From positions 17,176,001 through 17,240,000 of the forward strand of contig NC_058383.1 of the NCBI RefSeq assembly GCF_018350175.1: DNA of 64,000 bases, written 5' to 3'. This document shows positions 13,062 through 24,719 of this stretch, one piece after another. Below the pieces are notes generated by a model. That model was not told where the DNA came from. It saw only the letters and a program-made list of their open reading frames with translations, and searched no databases. Every line of letters starts with the position of its first letter. Within the stretch, counting starts at the first letter, position 1. Made by a program: the position numbers and the translations under genes. This DNA is from Felis catus. Its lineage: Eukaryota.

Positions 13062-14597
13062 ACAGCTTCAGTGCAATCCTTATCAAAATTTCAATGGCAT
13101 TTTTCATGGAAATAGAACAAACAATCCTAAATTTGTATGGAACTACAAAAGACCCCAAATAGCCAAAACAATTCTGAGAAAGAAGAACAAAGCTGGAGGC
13201 ATCATGTTTTCTGATTTCAAACTATATTGCAAAATTATAGTAATCAAAACAGTATTGTATTGGCATAAATACAAACATATAGATAAATATAGCAGAATAC
13301 ATAGACAGCCCAGAAATAAACCCATACATGTACGGTCAATTAATTTACAACAAAAGATTCAAGAATATGCAATGGGGAAAAGACAGTCTCTCAATAAATG
13401 GGATTGGGAAAAGTGAAAAGTCTCATGCAAAAGAATGAAATTGAACCACTATCTCACATCACTTACAAAAATCAATTCAAAATGGACCATAAGACCATAA
13501 ACCATAACACTCCAAGAATAAAACTGGTGGTAAGCAACTTTACGTTGATCGTGGCAAGGATTTTTTTGGGTTTGACACCAAAAGCAAAGGCAACAAAAAC
13601 AAAAATAAACAAATAGGACTACATCAAGCTAAAAATCTTCTGCACAACAAAAGAAACCATCAACAAAGTGAAAAGGTAACCTACAGAATTGGAGAAAATA
13701 TTTGTGCATCATATCTCTGGTAAGGGGTTGATATATACAAAATATATAAAGCACTCCTACAACTCAATAGCAAAAACTTTCTGATTAAAAATGGGCAGAG
13801 GATCTGAATAGACATTTTTCCAAAGAAGATATACAGATGGCCAGTGCTCAACATCACTAATCATCAGGGAAATGCAAATCAAAACCACAATGAGATGTCA
13901 CCTCACACCTGTTAGAATGACTGTCATGAAAAAGAAAAGAAAGAAATGAAGGAAATGAAAACACTAACTCAAAAAGATATCTGCACCCCATGTTCACTGA
14001 AGCATTATTTACAATAACCAAGACATGGAAATAATCTAAGTATCCACTGAAGCACAGATAAAGAAAATGTTATATATAATACAATGGAATATTAACCAGC
14101 CATAAAAAAAGAAGGAAACACTGCCATTTGTAACATGTATGGACCTTGAGGGCATTATGCTAAGCAAAACAAGTCAGAGAAAGACAAATATGGTATGATC
14201 TCACATATATATGGAATCTAAAACAAAACAAAAACTGAACTCATAGATGCAGAGAACAGATTGGTGGTAGCCAAAGGCAATTTGTTGGGAAGGTAGGCAA
14301 AATGGGTGATGGTGGTCAAAAGGTACAAATTTCCAGTTATAAAATAAAGTCTGGGGTATAATGTACACCCTGGTAAGTATAGTTAATAACACTGTATTGG
14401 TATTTGAAAGTTGCTAAGAATATAAATCTTAAAGTTTTCATCACAAGAAAAATAAATTTTTTACCTAAATGTGTGATGGATATTAATCAGACTTATTGTG
14501 TTGATCATTTCACAATACATGCATACATCAAATCATTATGTTGTATACCTAAAGATAATACCACATGTCCACTATATCTCATTTAAAAAAAAAAAAG
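13062..14597 (+). mobile_element. 5'-truncated older L1 (L1MA-like) filling most of intron 10
   Basis: ORF2 C-terminal translation (FVWNYKRPQIAK...), 3'UTR and poly(A). Confidence 0.88.
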
Positions 14598-14745
14598 GTC
14601 TGATAAGGAAAAGAAAAGGGACCACTGCTCCCCATCAAAGACATGCCTCCCAACAAGTACCAATTGCAGATAAAAGCTACCATACCCTTGCACCTCTTCT
14701 CTCCCTTCTTCTTGCCCCATCACAATTTAATAAAGGACCACTTAC

Positions 14746-14819
14746 AGAGGTGATGGCAGCACTGAAGCCTTCCTGAGACATCTCATGTTCAAAGGAGCTG
14801 GTACTTCCTGTCTGAGTAC
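14746..14819 (-). CDS. ITGAM: ITGAM exon 10 (74 nt): GTQTGSTSSFEHEMSQEGFSAAITS
   Basis: cacag| ... |gtaagt; EMSQEGFSA motif. Too short to appear in the ORF track. Confidence 0.96.
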
Positions 14820-15456
14820 CTGTGAGGAGGAGCACTTTCTACATTAAAGAAAGCAGAAGAGCTGGGAACTCAAATGTTATGTTGACCAAACAAAAAGAGA
14901 GTCATATGGGAGCTATGTTGCACTAGAAAGCATGTACTCCTTTTAAAGAGAAGGTGGCAATTTGGTCCCACCTTCTTTTTGCCAAGTAGGAATGCAGTCT
15001 AACCTTCCAACTTTTCAAGAGAAACCATAAATCCAGATTGTGTATGAACCTTTCCCTAATTTTTGAATTAATTTATTCAATAAACATTTATTGAGAACTC
15101 TCTATGTACCAGGCACTATTCTAGACACTGGAAATACAGCAGTGACTCAAACAGACAAATGTTGGTAACATATCTAAATTTTTTGAAAAATACTATCTGA
15201 GATTTGGCTCCCTTATCCTCCAATTTTTCAGCCTATAGCCAAGGCTTACAAAGTAAATATAAAGTCTACATTCTTTGATTTCAAAGGAAATGACCAAGTG
15301 AGGCCAGAGTTGCTGGGAACTAGAGGAAATGGAGAAAGAGTTAATGCTGAGAGGATATCAAGGGTTAAGAGGTTCTAGCTACTAAAGAGGAAATGCATGT
15401 TTGGAGATAAGGAACTGCCTCTGGAGCTGCTACAGGAATATAGAACCTTAGCTTAC

Positions 15457-15607
15457 CCTCAATTGCAAAGATCTTTTCCTGAAGCTGGTTTTGAATGGTC
15501 TTCAGAGCTTCAAAGTTATTCACCCGGAACACATAATCACGAGAAGGCTTTGATGCAATGGTATTAAGCTCTTCACGAGTTTTTGGACTGTTGAAAGCAG
15601 CTCCCAC
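15457..15607 (-). CDS. ITGAM: ITGAM exon 9 (151 nt): [51 protein letters not shown]
   Basis: aacag| ... |gtaagc; I-domain C-terminal helix KIFAIEG. Confidence 0.97.
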
Positions 15608-16174
15608 CTGTTATCAAGGAATAGAAGCCAAGTCAGACATCATCTGGGGGTATCAGTCTCATCCAGCAAAGAAAATTCTGTGGGAAAAGAATCTGAAACA
15701 ATATCTGTCAGATGAAGAAATGCACCAGAATAGGGACAGGGCTACCAAGTATAGTAGGGCAGGTTATGCACTGCACATAACATTCTGTCAAGGGAGAAAT
15801 TAGCTTTTGGTCCCTTTGCTGTGCTATGCCTCCTGGTATGGAGCTGACCTCTCCCCAGAGTAAAAGGAGTCTTTTTCTCTATATGAAGGGGTTTCCTACT
15901 TGCCAACCCATGCATCCATGATACCTTTTTCTATGTCATACAAGGTACTGTGGTAATTTGATTACACTGATGATCCCCAACTCTATACCTCTTCCTATAT
16001 CCAAGCCCTTTCCCCCAAAACTTTGCTGTATCCTCCTATTTACAGCAGAGCAATCTGCCCTGCTTGTTGTCTCTGGGTCCGGCTACGTGTCTTGCTTCAG
16101 CCAATGGATATTATCATACATGATTCAGACAGATGCTTTAAAAAAAAAGTGCTTGAAACATTTCCACTTGCTCT

Positions 16175-17360
16175 TTTTTTATTGTTTTTTTAATGTTTAT
16201 TTATTTTTGAGAGGCAGAGAGAGACAGAGCATGAGCAAGAGAGGGGTGGAGAGAGAGAGGGAGACACAGAATCTGAAGCATGCTCCAGGCTCTGAGCTGT
16301 CAGCACAGAGCCCGACAGGGGCCCTGAAGCCACAAGCCATGAGATCATGACCTGAGCTGAAGTCAGACTCTCAACCGACTGAGCCACCCAGGTGCCCCCA
16401 CTTGCTCTTTTGTTCCCCTGCCTTCACCATGAGGACATGCCCAGGCTAGCCCACTGTAAGATGATACTGGGAGCAGCAGAGCCAAGTTACCCCAGTTGTT
16501 CCAGTCATTCCAGTCCAGCAGACAGACATAGATGGCAACCCTCAAAAATGGAGAGAGCCCAGCCAAGATCAGCAAAGCTGCCAAGCAACCTTCAAATGAT
16601 TACAGATTTAAGAGTGAGCCTAGTCAAAGCCAGAAAAATTGTCCAGCTCAACTACAGACTTACTTATTGTTTTAAAAGACTGAATTCTGGGGGCGCCTAG
16701 GTGGCTCAGTCGGTTAAGCGTCCGACTTCGGCTCAGGTCATGATCTCACGGTCCGTGAGTTCGAGCCCCGTGTCGGGCTCTGGGCTGATGGCTCAGAGCC
16801 TGGAGCCTGCTTCTGATTCTGTGTCTCCCTCTCTCTCTGCCCCTCCCTCGTTCATGCTCTGTCTCTCTGTCTCAAAAATAAATAAACGTTTTAAAAATTT
16901 TTATTTATTTTTTTAAAATTTTTTTAACGTTTATTTATTTTTGAGACAGGGAGAGACAGCATGAATAGGGGAGGGTCGGAGAGAGAGGGAGACACAGAAT
17001 CTGAAACAGGCTCCAGGCTCTGAGCCATCAGCACAGAGCCCGACACGGGGCTCGAACTCACGGACCGTGGGATCATGACCTGAGCCGAAGTCGGATGCTT
17101 AACCAACTGAGCCACCCAGGCGCCCCTAAAAATTTTTTTTTTAAAATAAAGGACTGAATTCTGGTGCGCATGGGTGGCTCAGTCAGTTGAGCATCTGACT
17201 TTGGCTCAAGTCATGATCTCACAGCCCATGAGTTTGAGCCCTGCGTCAGGCTCTGTGCTGACAGCTCAGAGCCTAAAGCCTGCTTTAGACTCTATGTCTC
17301 TCTCTCTCTCTCTCTCTCTCTCCCTCTCAAAAATAAAAATAAATTGTTAAAAAAATTAAA
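16175..17360. mobile_element. SINE cluster in intron 8: 16175-16398(-), 16690-16890(+), 16905-17126(-), 17163-17357(+)
   Basis: Can-SINE heads and tails with TSDs. Confidence 0.93.
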
Positions 17361-17548
17361 GGACTGAAATCTGAGATAATTTGTTGTACTGCATCATTGT
17401 AACAATAATTAACTGACACAGGCTCATGTGGGCTAGCAGTGACCTTGCCCTACCTTGGTTTAACCGATATTTACAAATTGAAGGGAGGGTGTATCCAAGT
17501 AGAAGCATCAGGCCACAGAAGCTCAGGCCAGAGAGCCACATTTCCTAC

Positions 17549-17702
17549 CCCAATGACATAGCGAATGATCCCCTCTTTGTCTGCTTCAGGAATGACATCC
17601 TTGTACTCCAAGGGATCGCCAAACTTTTCTCCATCCGTGATGACTACTAGGATCTTAAAGGCTTTCTCCCGGGCTCCACTACTGCTCTGAAACAATTCTC
17701 TT
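17549..17702 (-). CDS. ITGAM: ITGAM exon 8 (154 nt): RELFQSSSGAREKAFKILVVITDGEKFGDPLEYKDVIPEADKEGIIRYVIG
   Basis: gacag| ... |gtagga; MIDAS Asp in ITDGEK. Confidence 0.97.
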
Positions 17703-18067
17703 CTGTCCAGGGAAGAGGAAAGAAAAGTCAAATGTGAATAGAGATACTCTTAATGCTAAGGAGGAAGCATCAGCAGTCACTGGCTCAGATGTAGCTAGGA
17801 GGGGTTTGGGCTCCCTTGGAATGAACACTGAGATGTGGCTGCCCCATGACCTGGAAAGGCAACAGGAGAAGGTAGAAGAGTGGAAGGAAAAGAAATCTTC
17901 ACTGCATTTATATACTTTTGCATATATTGATTTTTTAAACTATTTTAAATTAAAACAAAATTTTTAAGCTTAATTGGGCCCTCACAAACCTTTCCTGGTT
18001 TGATGCAATGGGTCTCTAGCTCACCTTCCTATACTTTTGTCCCAATCCCCACCCTCACCTCTATACA

Positions 18068-18070
<3 letters not shown>

Positions 18071-18104
<34 letters not shown>
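18071..18104. repeat. (AC)17 microsatellite in intron 7
   Basis: Read directly. Confidence 0.95.
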
Positions 18105-18105
<1 letters not shown>

Positions 18106-18447
18106 AGAGTGAACTTTCCAAAACAAGATGTGGTGACATCTCCCCACTGCTTAAAACCTTCAGTGGATCCCCACTGGCTTTTCAGTTGCCTTAAGGGACC
18201 TGACCTCAACTAATCTCTGTGGCCACCCTCTAGCTTTACCCTCACGTCTCCCCTTCACTCCTACCTTTACTCACAACTTGTATTTCATGAACATACAATG
18301 CAGAGTCCCTCCTCCACACCTTTATTCATGCTGTTCCCTCCACCATAAATATCCTTTACCCCATCCCTGTCTGAACAACTGCCTTCATTCTTCAAATCCC
18401 AACTAAAAAATATCACCTCCTCCTTCCATCCTAAGCAAAGAACTTAC

Positions 18448-18593
18448 ACTACTTTGCGGATTCCTGTGGCAGTGTGTGTCCGCCCACGCAACTGTTCTAT
18501 TGGCCTCACCAGCAATGATGGGTTAGGGCTTTTCTTGAATTCATTAAAGGTGAAATGAGTCTGGAAGTCTTCAGAGTACTGCATTAAAGAAAA
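18448..18593 (-). CDS. ITGAM: ITGAM exon 7 (146 nt): [49 protein letters not shown]
   Basis: cccag| ... |gtaagt; MIDAS Thr in GRTHTATG. Confidence 0.97.
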
Positions 18594-19033
18594 CTGGGAA
18601 CAGGCATCTGGTATTACACTGGAGAAAGTGTCCCTCCTCACACTTACCCACCTCCTAGGAAATGTGACATAAATCTTGAAACACTCAAGTCTCCAAATCC
18701 CTCCAAATTCTACACTGCCCCCAATTCTTCTGCCACTCCAGGACAGAAATCTGCCATCAGCTCCCACCTCTAAATACTAGAACTCAGCCAGAGATGACAG
18801 GTAGGTTTCATCTCCCATGCCAACCCTTATCAATTAGTCAGAGCGGCCTGCTTTACAGAGGGCTGGAAGAATGCTGAGGCTGCATCCAGAAAGAGCAGGA
18901 AAGAGGATCATGAAAGAAAACATGATCAATTGGCAATTTTGCAATAGAAGTAAAAGAGAAAAGTGGCAGACTGGTTGCCATGGATTTGCCAGCTTTATAT
19001 GAACTATTTCCTAACCAACCCATTTGCCCTCAC

Positions 19034-19164
19034 CAAGGTTTTGGAATTCTTGAATTGACCCATCACAGTTGAGACAAAATCCTTCATCTTCTGAAAGTCA
19101 CTCTGGATGATGCTACCAGAACCATCAATCAAGAAGGCAATATCACTGTCTTGCCGAGGGCACT
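19034..19164 (-). CDS. ITGAM: ITGAM exon 6 (131 nt), I-domain start with MIDAS DxSxS: ECPRQDSDIAFLIDGSGSIIQSDFQKMKDFVSTVMGQFKNSKTL
   Basis: cccaag| ... |gtgagg; DGSGS motif. Confidence 0.97.
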
Positions 19165-19473
19165 CTTGGGAAACAGGAGAAAGAGCATGAACTGATTAAG
19201 TATTAGAGACTGGGATTCATTCTTTTCCATGTCAACCCTCTACTAAGCAGTGAAAATAAAAAGTAAACAATATGCAACCCATGCTCCAAGCTTAATAAAA
19301 ACATGGACACAGTCTCAAGATGGCAGTCACCATGAGGAAGGCATCTGTAGAATATGTCAATGTTACTTTTGAATAACAACAAAAAATAAACAATTTTTCA
19401 AGGAATGCAAGTAGAATCACAGAACTGAAGGAAGAAATACAGTGAAAAAGAAACAACAAAATTTAGAAGATGT

Positions 19474-20125
19474 TTGCACTGTTGGTGGGAATGCAAACTG
19501 GTGCAGTCACTCTGGAAAACAGTGTGGAGGTTCCTCAAAAAATTAAAAATAGAACTACCCCATAACCCAGAAATAGCACTGCTAGGAATTTACCCAAGGG
19601 ATACAGGACTGCTGGTGCATAGGGGCACTTGTACCCCAAGGTTGATAGCAGCACTCTCAACAATAGCCAAATTATGGAAAGAGCCTAAATGTCCATCAAC
19701 TGATGAATGGATAAAGAAATTGTGGTTTATATACACAATGGAACACTACGTGGCAATGAGAAAGAATGAAATATGGCCTTTTGTAGCAACGTGGATGGAA
19801 CTGGAGAGTGTTATGCTAAGTGAAATAAGCCATACAGAGATAGACAGATACCATATGTTTTCACTCTTATGTGGATTCTGAGAAACTTAACAGAAACCCA
19901 TGGGGGAGGGGAAGGGAAAAAAAAAGAGGTTAGAGTGGGAGAGAGCCAAAGAATAAGAGACTCTTAAAAACTGAGAACAAACTGAGGGTTGATGGGGGAG
20001 GGAGGGAGGGGAGGGTGGGTGATGGGTATAGAGGAGGGCACCTTTTGGGATGAGCACTGGGTGTTGTATGGAAACCAATTTGACAATAAATTTCATATAT
20101 AAAATTTAAAAAAAAGAAAAAAAAA
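19474..20125 (+). mobile_element. 5'-truncated L1_Fc-type element in intron 5
   Basis: [13 protein letters not shown]2 C-terminus, felid L1 3'UTR and A tail. Confidence 0.92.
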
Positions 20126-21052
20126 TTCATGGAACTGTACACTAAAAGAAAAAGGTCAATTTTACTGTATGATCTATAAAAAAATTAAATTACCCAAAAA
20201 AAGCGTTGGCTTTTTAAAAATAAATAAACAGATTCTAACATTTATATGGAAAATATACAAAGAAAATTAACTATAGAAAATATACAAAGAAAATTAATCA
20301 AAAAAATGTTTGAAAATCTCAAAGATATGTTAACTGGAAAGGATCAAGTGTGTACAGAATGTGCCACCATTTGTGGCACAAAATGAAGACTATAGATATG
20401 TATATGCTTGTGAATAAGACAAGAAACTGGCAATGAAATGTTTATAGTGTGTCCTTTAGTACTTTTTGAATTTTGAATCATTTTTAAAGAATTGAAGATG
20501 TTTTTTATTTTATTTTTTTAGAGGGGGTGTCACAAGTGAGCGAGGGGCAGAGAGAGAGATAGAGGGAGGGGGAGAGAGAGGGAAGGAGAGAAACAGGGCT
20601 AACCCAAAGTGGGGCTTGCGGGTTTTTTTTTTTTTTACTTTTTTGTTTTTGTTTTTCTTTTACCAAAGTGAGGCTCATGCTCATCCAAATTGGGGCTCAA
20701 GGTCACCCAAAGAGGGGATCGTGCTCACCTGATGTGGGACTCCAACTCAGGAATCATAAGATCTCGACCTGAGCCAAAATCAGATGCTTAAGCTATGAGC
20801 CACCCAGGCACCCTAAAAATACTTTTAAAAATACTTTTAAAAGAAAAGTATTGAATCCTGAGAGTGAGAACAGAAGAGAGAAATGTGAGGGTGGAGCTGA
20901 AGCCACAGAACTGGATGTGATTGGGCAGGAAGAACACATGGACAAGAATAGAAGCTGTAACATGGTACCCCTATGCATGCAAAGAAGGCAGAGGAAGACT
21001 GCCTGGAGCTGAAGCTTAACAGAAGCCCTTGGCAGGGGGAGAAGCAAAGACA

Positions 21053-21219
21053 GAAGAGAGAAGGGGAGGGGAGGAGAAGGAAGGGGAGGAGAGGGGGAGG
21101 GGAGGGGAAGGGGAGGGAGAGGAGAGGAAGGGAGAGGAGAGGAAGGAGGGGAGGTGGAGGGAGGGGAAGGGAGGGGAAGGGAGAGGAAAGGAGGAGGGGA
21201 AGGGAGGAGAAGGGAGAAA
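21053..21219 (+). repeat. Polypurine (GGGGA/GGAGA-like) low-complexity tract
   Basis: About 165 nt of almost pure G/A. Confidence 0.95.
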
Positions 21220-22030
21220 TCTAGAGCCAAGTTGTTTTGGGAAAGAAGAGATGATCTGTAAGTCACATCAGAAAAGTCAGTAAATATGAGGGCAGAAAAG
21301 AGATTTGGCATTTAGGGAATCATAAATGCCATTTGCAAGAGGAAGATTTATATGATGGTTGAGCAGAAGCCAGATGTCAGAGGGTGAAGAATGGTAATAT
21401 GGGGGAAATGGAAACAAGAAGAGAGAGCCCTTTCAAGAAGTGTGGTGGTGAAGGTAAGGAGAAATGGCAGAAGATATAGAGGAGATCAAGGAGAGAGAAG
21501 GGTATTTTTAGTGCTATTAATTTTGGTGGTTGATTGATTTTAAGATATGGATAAGCATGAGCATGTTTACATTCAAAAGAGGGGTAGAAATTTAAGCTCC
21601 TAGAGAGAATGAAAGATTTAGGATGTGGATTTCAAGTTGGTGAGGTGAGAGAGCCTCAAAAGCCCAGAGAAAAGAGTGATTCATGGAAAGGTGGAGAGAC
21701 AGGTCTTTCTCTAAAACCAAGGGTGATACCATTGCAAAATTAGAACAAGGAGAAGGGGTAAGTGGAGGGAGTTCATCCCTGGCAACTTTGATTTTCTTTG
21801 TGAAGAAGGAAGGTTATCTTTTGAGAGTAAAGTACAAAGGAGCAGAGCTTGAGAGAAAAAAAAAAAAACTTACAAAAGGAAGATATATCTGCCCTTGTTT
21901 CCAGAACCAACTTGAAGACAAGAAAAAGAAGGCCAAGCAGCTGAAGAAATAAGTGCAAAAAGTAGTTTAGAAAAAAAAGATTCAGTCAGTCACTCACTCT
22001 TTCAGTCAACAAATGTTTGGGGAACAAGAA

Positions 22031-22474
22031 TGTGGTAGGTAGCCACTAAGGTGGTCCCCAAGATTCTCACCTCATGGAAATAACACCCTTGCATAGTCCC
22101 TTCTCCTGAGTGTGAGCTAGACTTTTTGACTCAATTCAAAGAAATATAAAGTTACAGAAGTAATGTGTTTTTACTTCTGAGATTAGATTATGAAACTACT
22201 GTGTTTTCTTCCTTGGGTGTTTTCTCTCCCTCTTGCTCTCCTAATCCCTTGTTTACTCTGGAGGAAGCCAGCTGCTCTGTGGGGAGCAGTTATGAGATTA
22301 TTTATAGGGAAGCCCATGTGACAAACAACTGAGAGAAGCCTCCAGCAACAGCCAGTGAAAACAGAGGCCTTCAGTTCAACAATCTGGTAAATGAGCTTGG
22401 AAGTGGATCTTTTTCTCAGTCAAGCATTCAGATGAGACCACAGCTCCAGTTTAACAAGTTAACTTCAATCTCAC

Positions 22475-22509
<35 letters not shown>

Positions 22510-22632
22510 CTAAGGCAGAGCTACCCAGCTAAGTCATGCCCAGATTCCTGATTCATAGAAACTGTAATATAATTAACATTTATTGTTTTTAGCTACTAAG
22601 TTCAGGGGCAATTTGTTAAGCAGCAATAGATA
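22031..22632 (+). mobile_element. MaLR (MLT1-like) LTR with internal poly(A) run, inside an L2 remnant
   Basis: tgtggtagg...cccagctaagtcatgcccagattcctga...gcagcaatagat termini resemble MLT1. Confidence 0.7.
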
Positions 22633-23133
22633 TGAGAGTATAGAACAATGAACAAGCTGGACAGTAGTATCCTTGCTATCATGAAGCCTGCATTCCAGAA
22701 GAAAGGACATAAAATAAACAAGTAAAATATGTACATACAAGTATGAAAATGGTAAAGTAGGACAATGTGGTAGGGAGTGATGATGGAAAAGATTAGAAGA
22801 TCCACTCAGAAAAGGCCTCTTTGAAGAAGTGACATTTGAGCTGAGTTGACAATAATGGGTTGCCAGGTAAGATCTGAGGGAAGAGCATTCCAGGCTGAAG
22901 GAATAGTGAGTGCAAAGGCCCTAAGACATGGACAACTTGGTGTTGTTCTTGAAGAAAGGCAGCCAGAGTGGCTGGAGCACAGTGGCTGAGGTAGACTGGA
23001 TGGGAGAAAAGTTGAAGAAGCCATACCATTCAGAGCCTCAAAGGCTATGATTAGGAGACTTAGGCACTTATTCTAAGGACAATGGTTGGGACATCATCTC
23101 ACAAAGATGAGTGGGCATATCAGGACTTTCCTT

Positions 23134-23173
23134 ATTTATATTTATATTTATATTTATATTTATATTTATATTT
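23134..23173. repeat. (ATTTAT)n microsatellite flanked by 17-bp direct repeats
   Basis: atatcaggacttt(c/t)ctt at 23117-23133 and 23174-23190. Confidence 0.9.
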
Positions 23174-23359
23174 ATATCAGGACTTTTCTTAAAGTGCAAA
23201 ATCCTAGCATCAACTCCTACCATCTCTGTTGGAACCTAGTTGCCTCCCACTTCTGCACCTAGATCCCTAAGTCACCCCTCAGGCTGTGAATAGTCCCCAT
23301 CCCAGTCCTGCCCTTATGCTCACACTACCCATCTGTATTCTTTGCCAAAGGCCACCTAC

Positions 23360-23477
23360 CTCTGAGGCTCTCTGGGAATCTCTGGGGCTGCTGCCGTAGG
23401 TTGGATCCAAACAGGAAGCATAAGCCATTCACATAGGTGTTCTCCTTACAAGTTTGGTGCACAGTGGGACCACAGGC
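23360..23477 (-). CDS. ITGAM: ITGAM exon 5 (118 nt): ACGPTVHQTCKENTYVNGLCFLFGSNLRQQPQRFPESLR
   Basis: cccag| ... |gtaggt; near-identical to the recalled human CD11b segment. Confidence 0.97.
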
Positions 23478-23623
23478 CTGGGGGAAGGTTGCATGTGGGA
23501 GGGGCTGTTCCTGCTTCTTGTCCTTTTACCTCAGCATCGCCACCCTCCACAGACCCCAGCCCCAGCAGCCATAAGCCCCTGACTCCTTCTTTCAGAACAA
23601 TCCCATGACCCAGGACAACTCAC

Positions 23624-23694
23624 CAGCAGTCGAAAAGGGTTGGTGGCAAATGCCAGAGACAGGCCCAGAGACATGTTCACCGCCTCCAGGGGGA
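23624..23694 (-). CDS. ITGAM: ITGAM exon 4 (71 nt): VPLEAVNMSLGLSLAFATNPFRLL
   Basis: ctcag| ... |gtgagt; NMSLGLSL motif of CD11 chains. Confidence 0.96.
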
Positions 23695-24009
23695 CTGAGG
23701 AGACATATATATATATACATGGTCACCTTCAGGGGCATAAAATGGGCTGTGTGAAGGTCAACAGAGGTCACTTTAACCTGGGAGACATGCAGACTAAACA
23801 GATCAAGGTGAACCTAAGTCACAGGAAAGGAACATGAAGGGGGTGCCTGAAAGTATCTGAGGTAGAGTCTGCATACAGCACAGAGACTGATGAACTGGAT
23901 GCCTGAGCCCCCACCTACAGACGCTCAGAACAAAAGGAATGCCTGGCAAGTTCAGGTGTACACACAGGTGGAAGCCTAGCCCTGGATCCCAGGGAGGGGA
24001 GTGACTCAC

Positions 24010-24113
24010 CCTCCAGGGAGATAGGCTCACACTTGCCCGTGCTGTAGTCACACTGGTAGAGGCCACCTGTTTGGTTGGCAGCCTTTATCTCCTGGGGGGC
24101 TCCAACCACCAAC
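24010..24113 (-). CDS. ITGAM: ITGAM exon 3 (104 nt): [34 protein letters not shown]
   Basis: AG/GT boundaries, GAP motif, frame continuous with neighbouring exons. Confidence 0.97.
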
Positions 24114-24719
24114 CTGGGGGGAGAGTTAGGAAAAGATCACTACAGGGACAAGAGAAAACCATAGCATGTGGGAAAGAAGGAGACCATGGAAGTTCTGCCA
24201 CTCAAACGAAAGTGAGAAGAGACAACCCTCAGTATTTCCCGATTCCCTGAAATAGGAGGAAGATTCAGCAAAGAAAAAAAATGGGAAAAGTTTAAATATT
24301 GGAAGGGAAGGGCCTCTTTAAGAATGACACAAAACCAAGAAGTCATTAAAAAGTTGTGGCATCCTGGGGCGCCTGGGTGGCTCAGTCAGTTGAGCGTCCG
24401 ACTTCAGCTCAGGTCACGATCTCACGGTTTGTGAGTTCGAGCCCCGCATCAGGCTCTGGGCTGATGGCTCAGAGCCTGGAGCCTGCTTCCAATTCTGTGT
24501 CTCCCTCTCTCTGCCCCTCCCCCATTCATGCTCTGTCTCTCTCTGTCTCAAAAATAAATAAACATAAAAAAAATTTTAAAAAAAAGTTGTTGCATCCTAT
24601 ATTGTACACCTGAAATTAATATAACACTGTATGTTAACTATACTGGAATTTAAAGAAAAATTTTTGATGAATAAATTCAACCATTTTAAATTCAGTCATT
24701 TTGAATAAATTTCTGTATG

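Noticed and set aside
20793..21311. Pro/Ser-rich and Arg/Gly-rich ORFs
   Set aside because: Translations of the polypurine tract.
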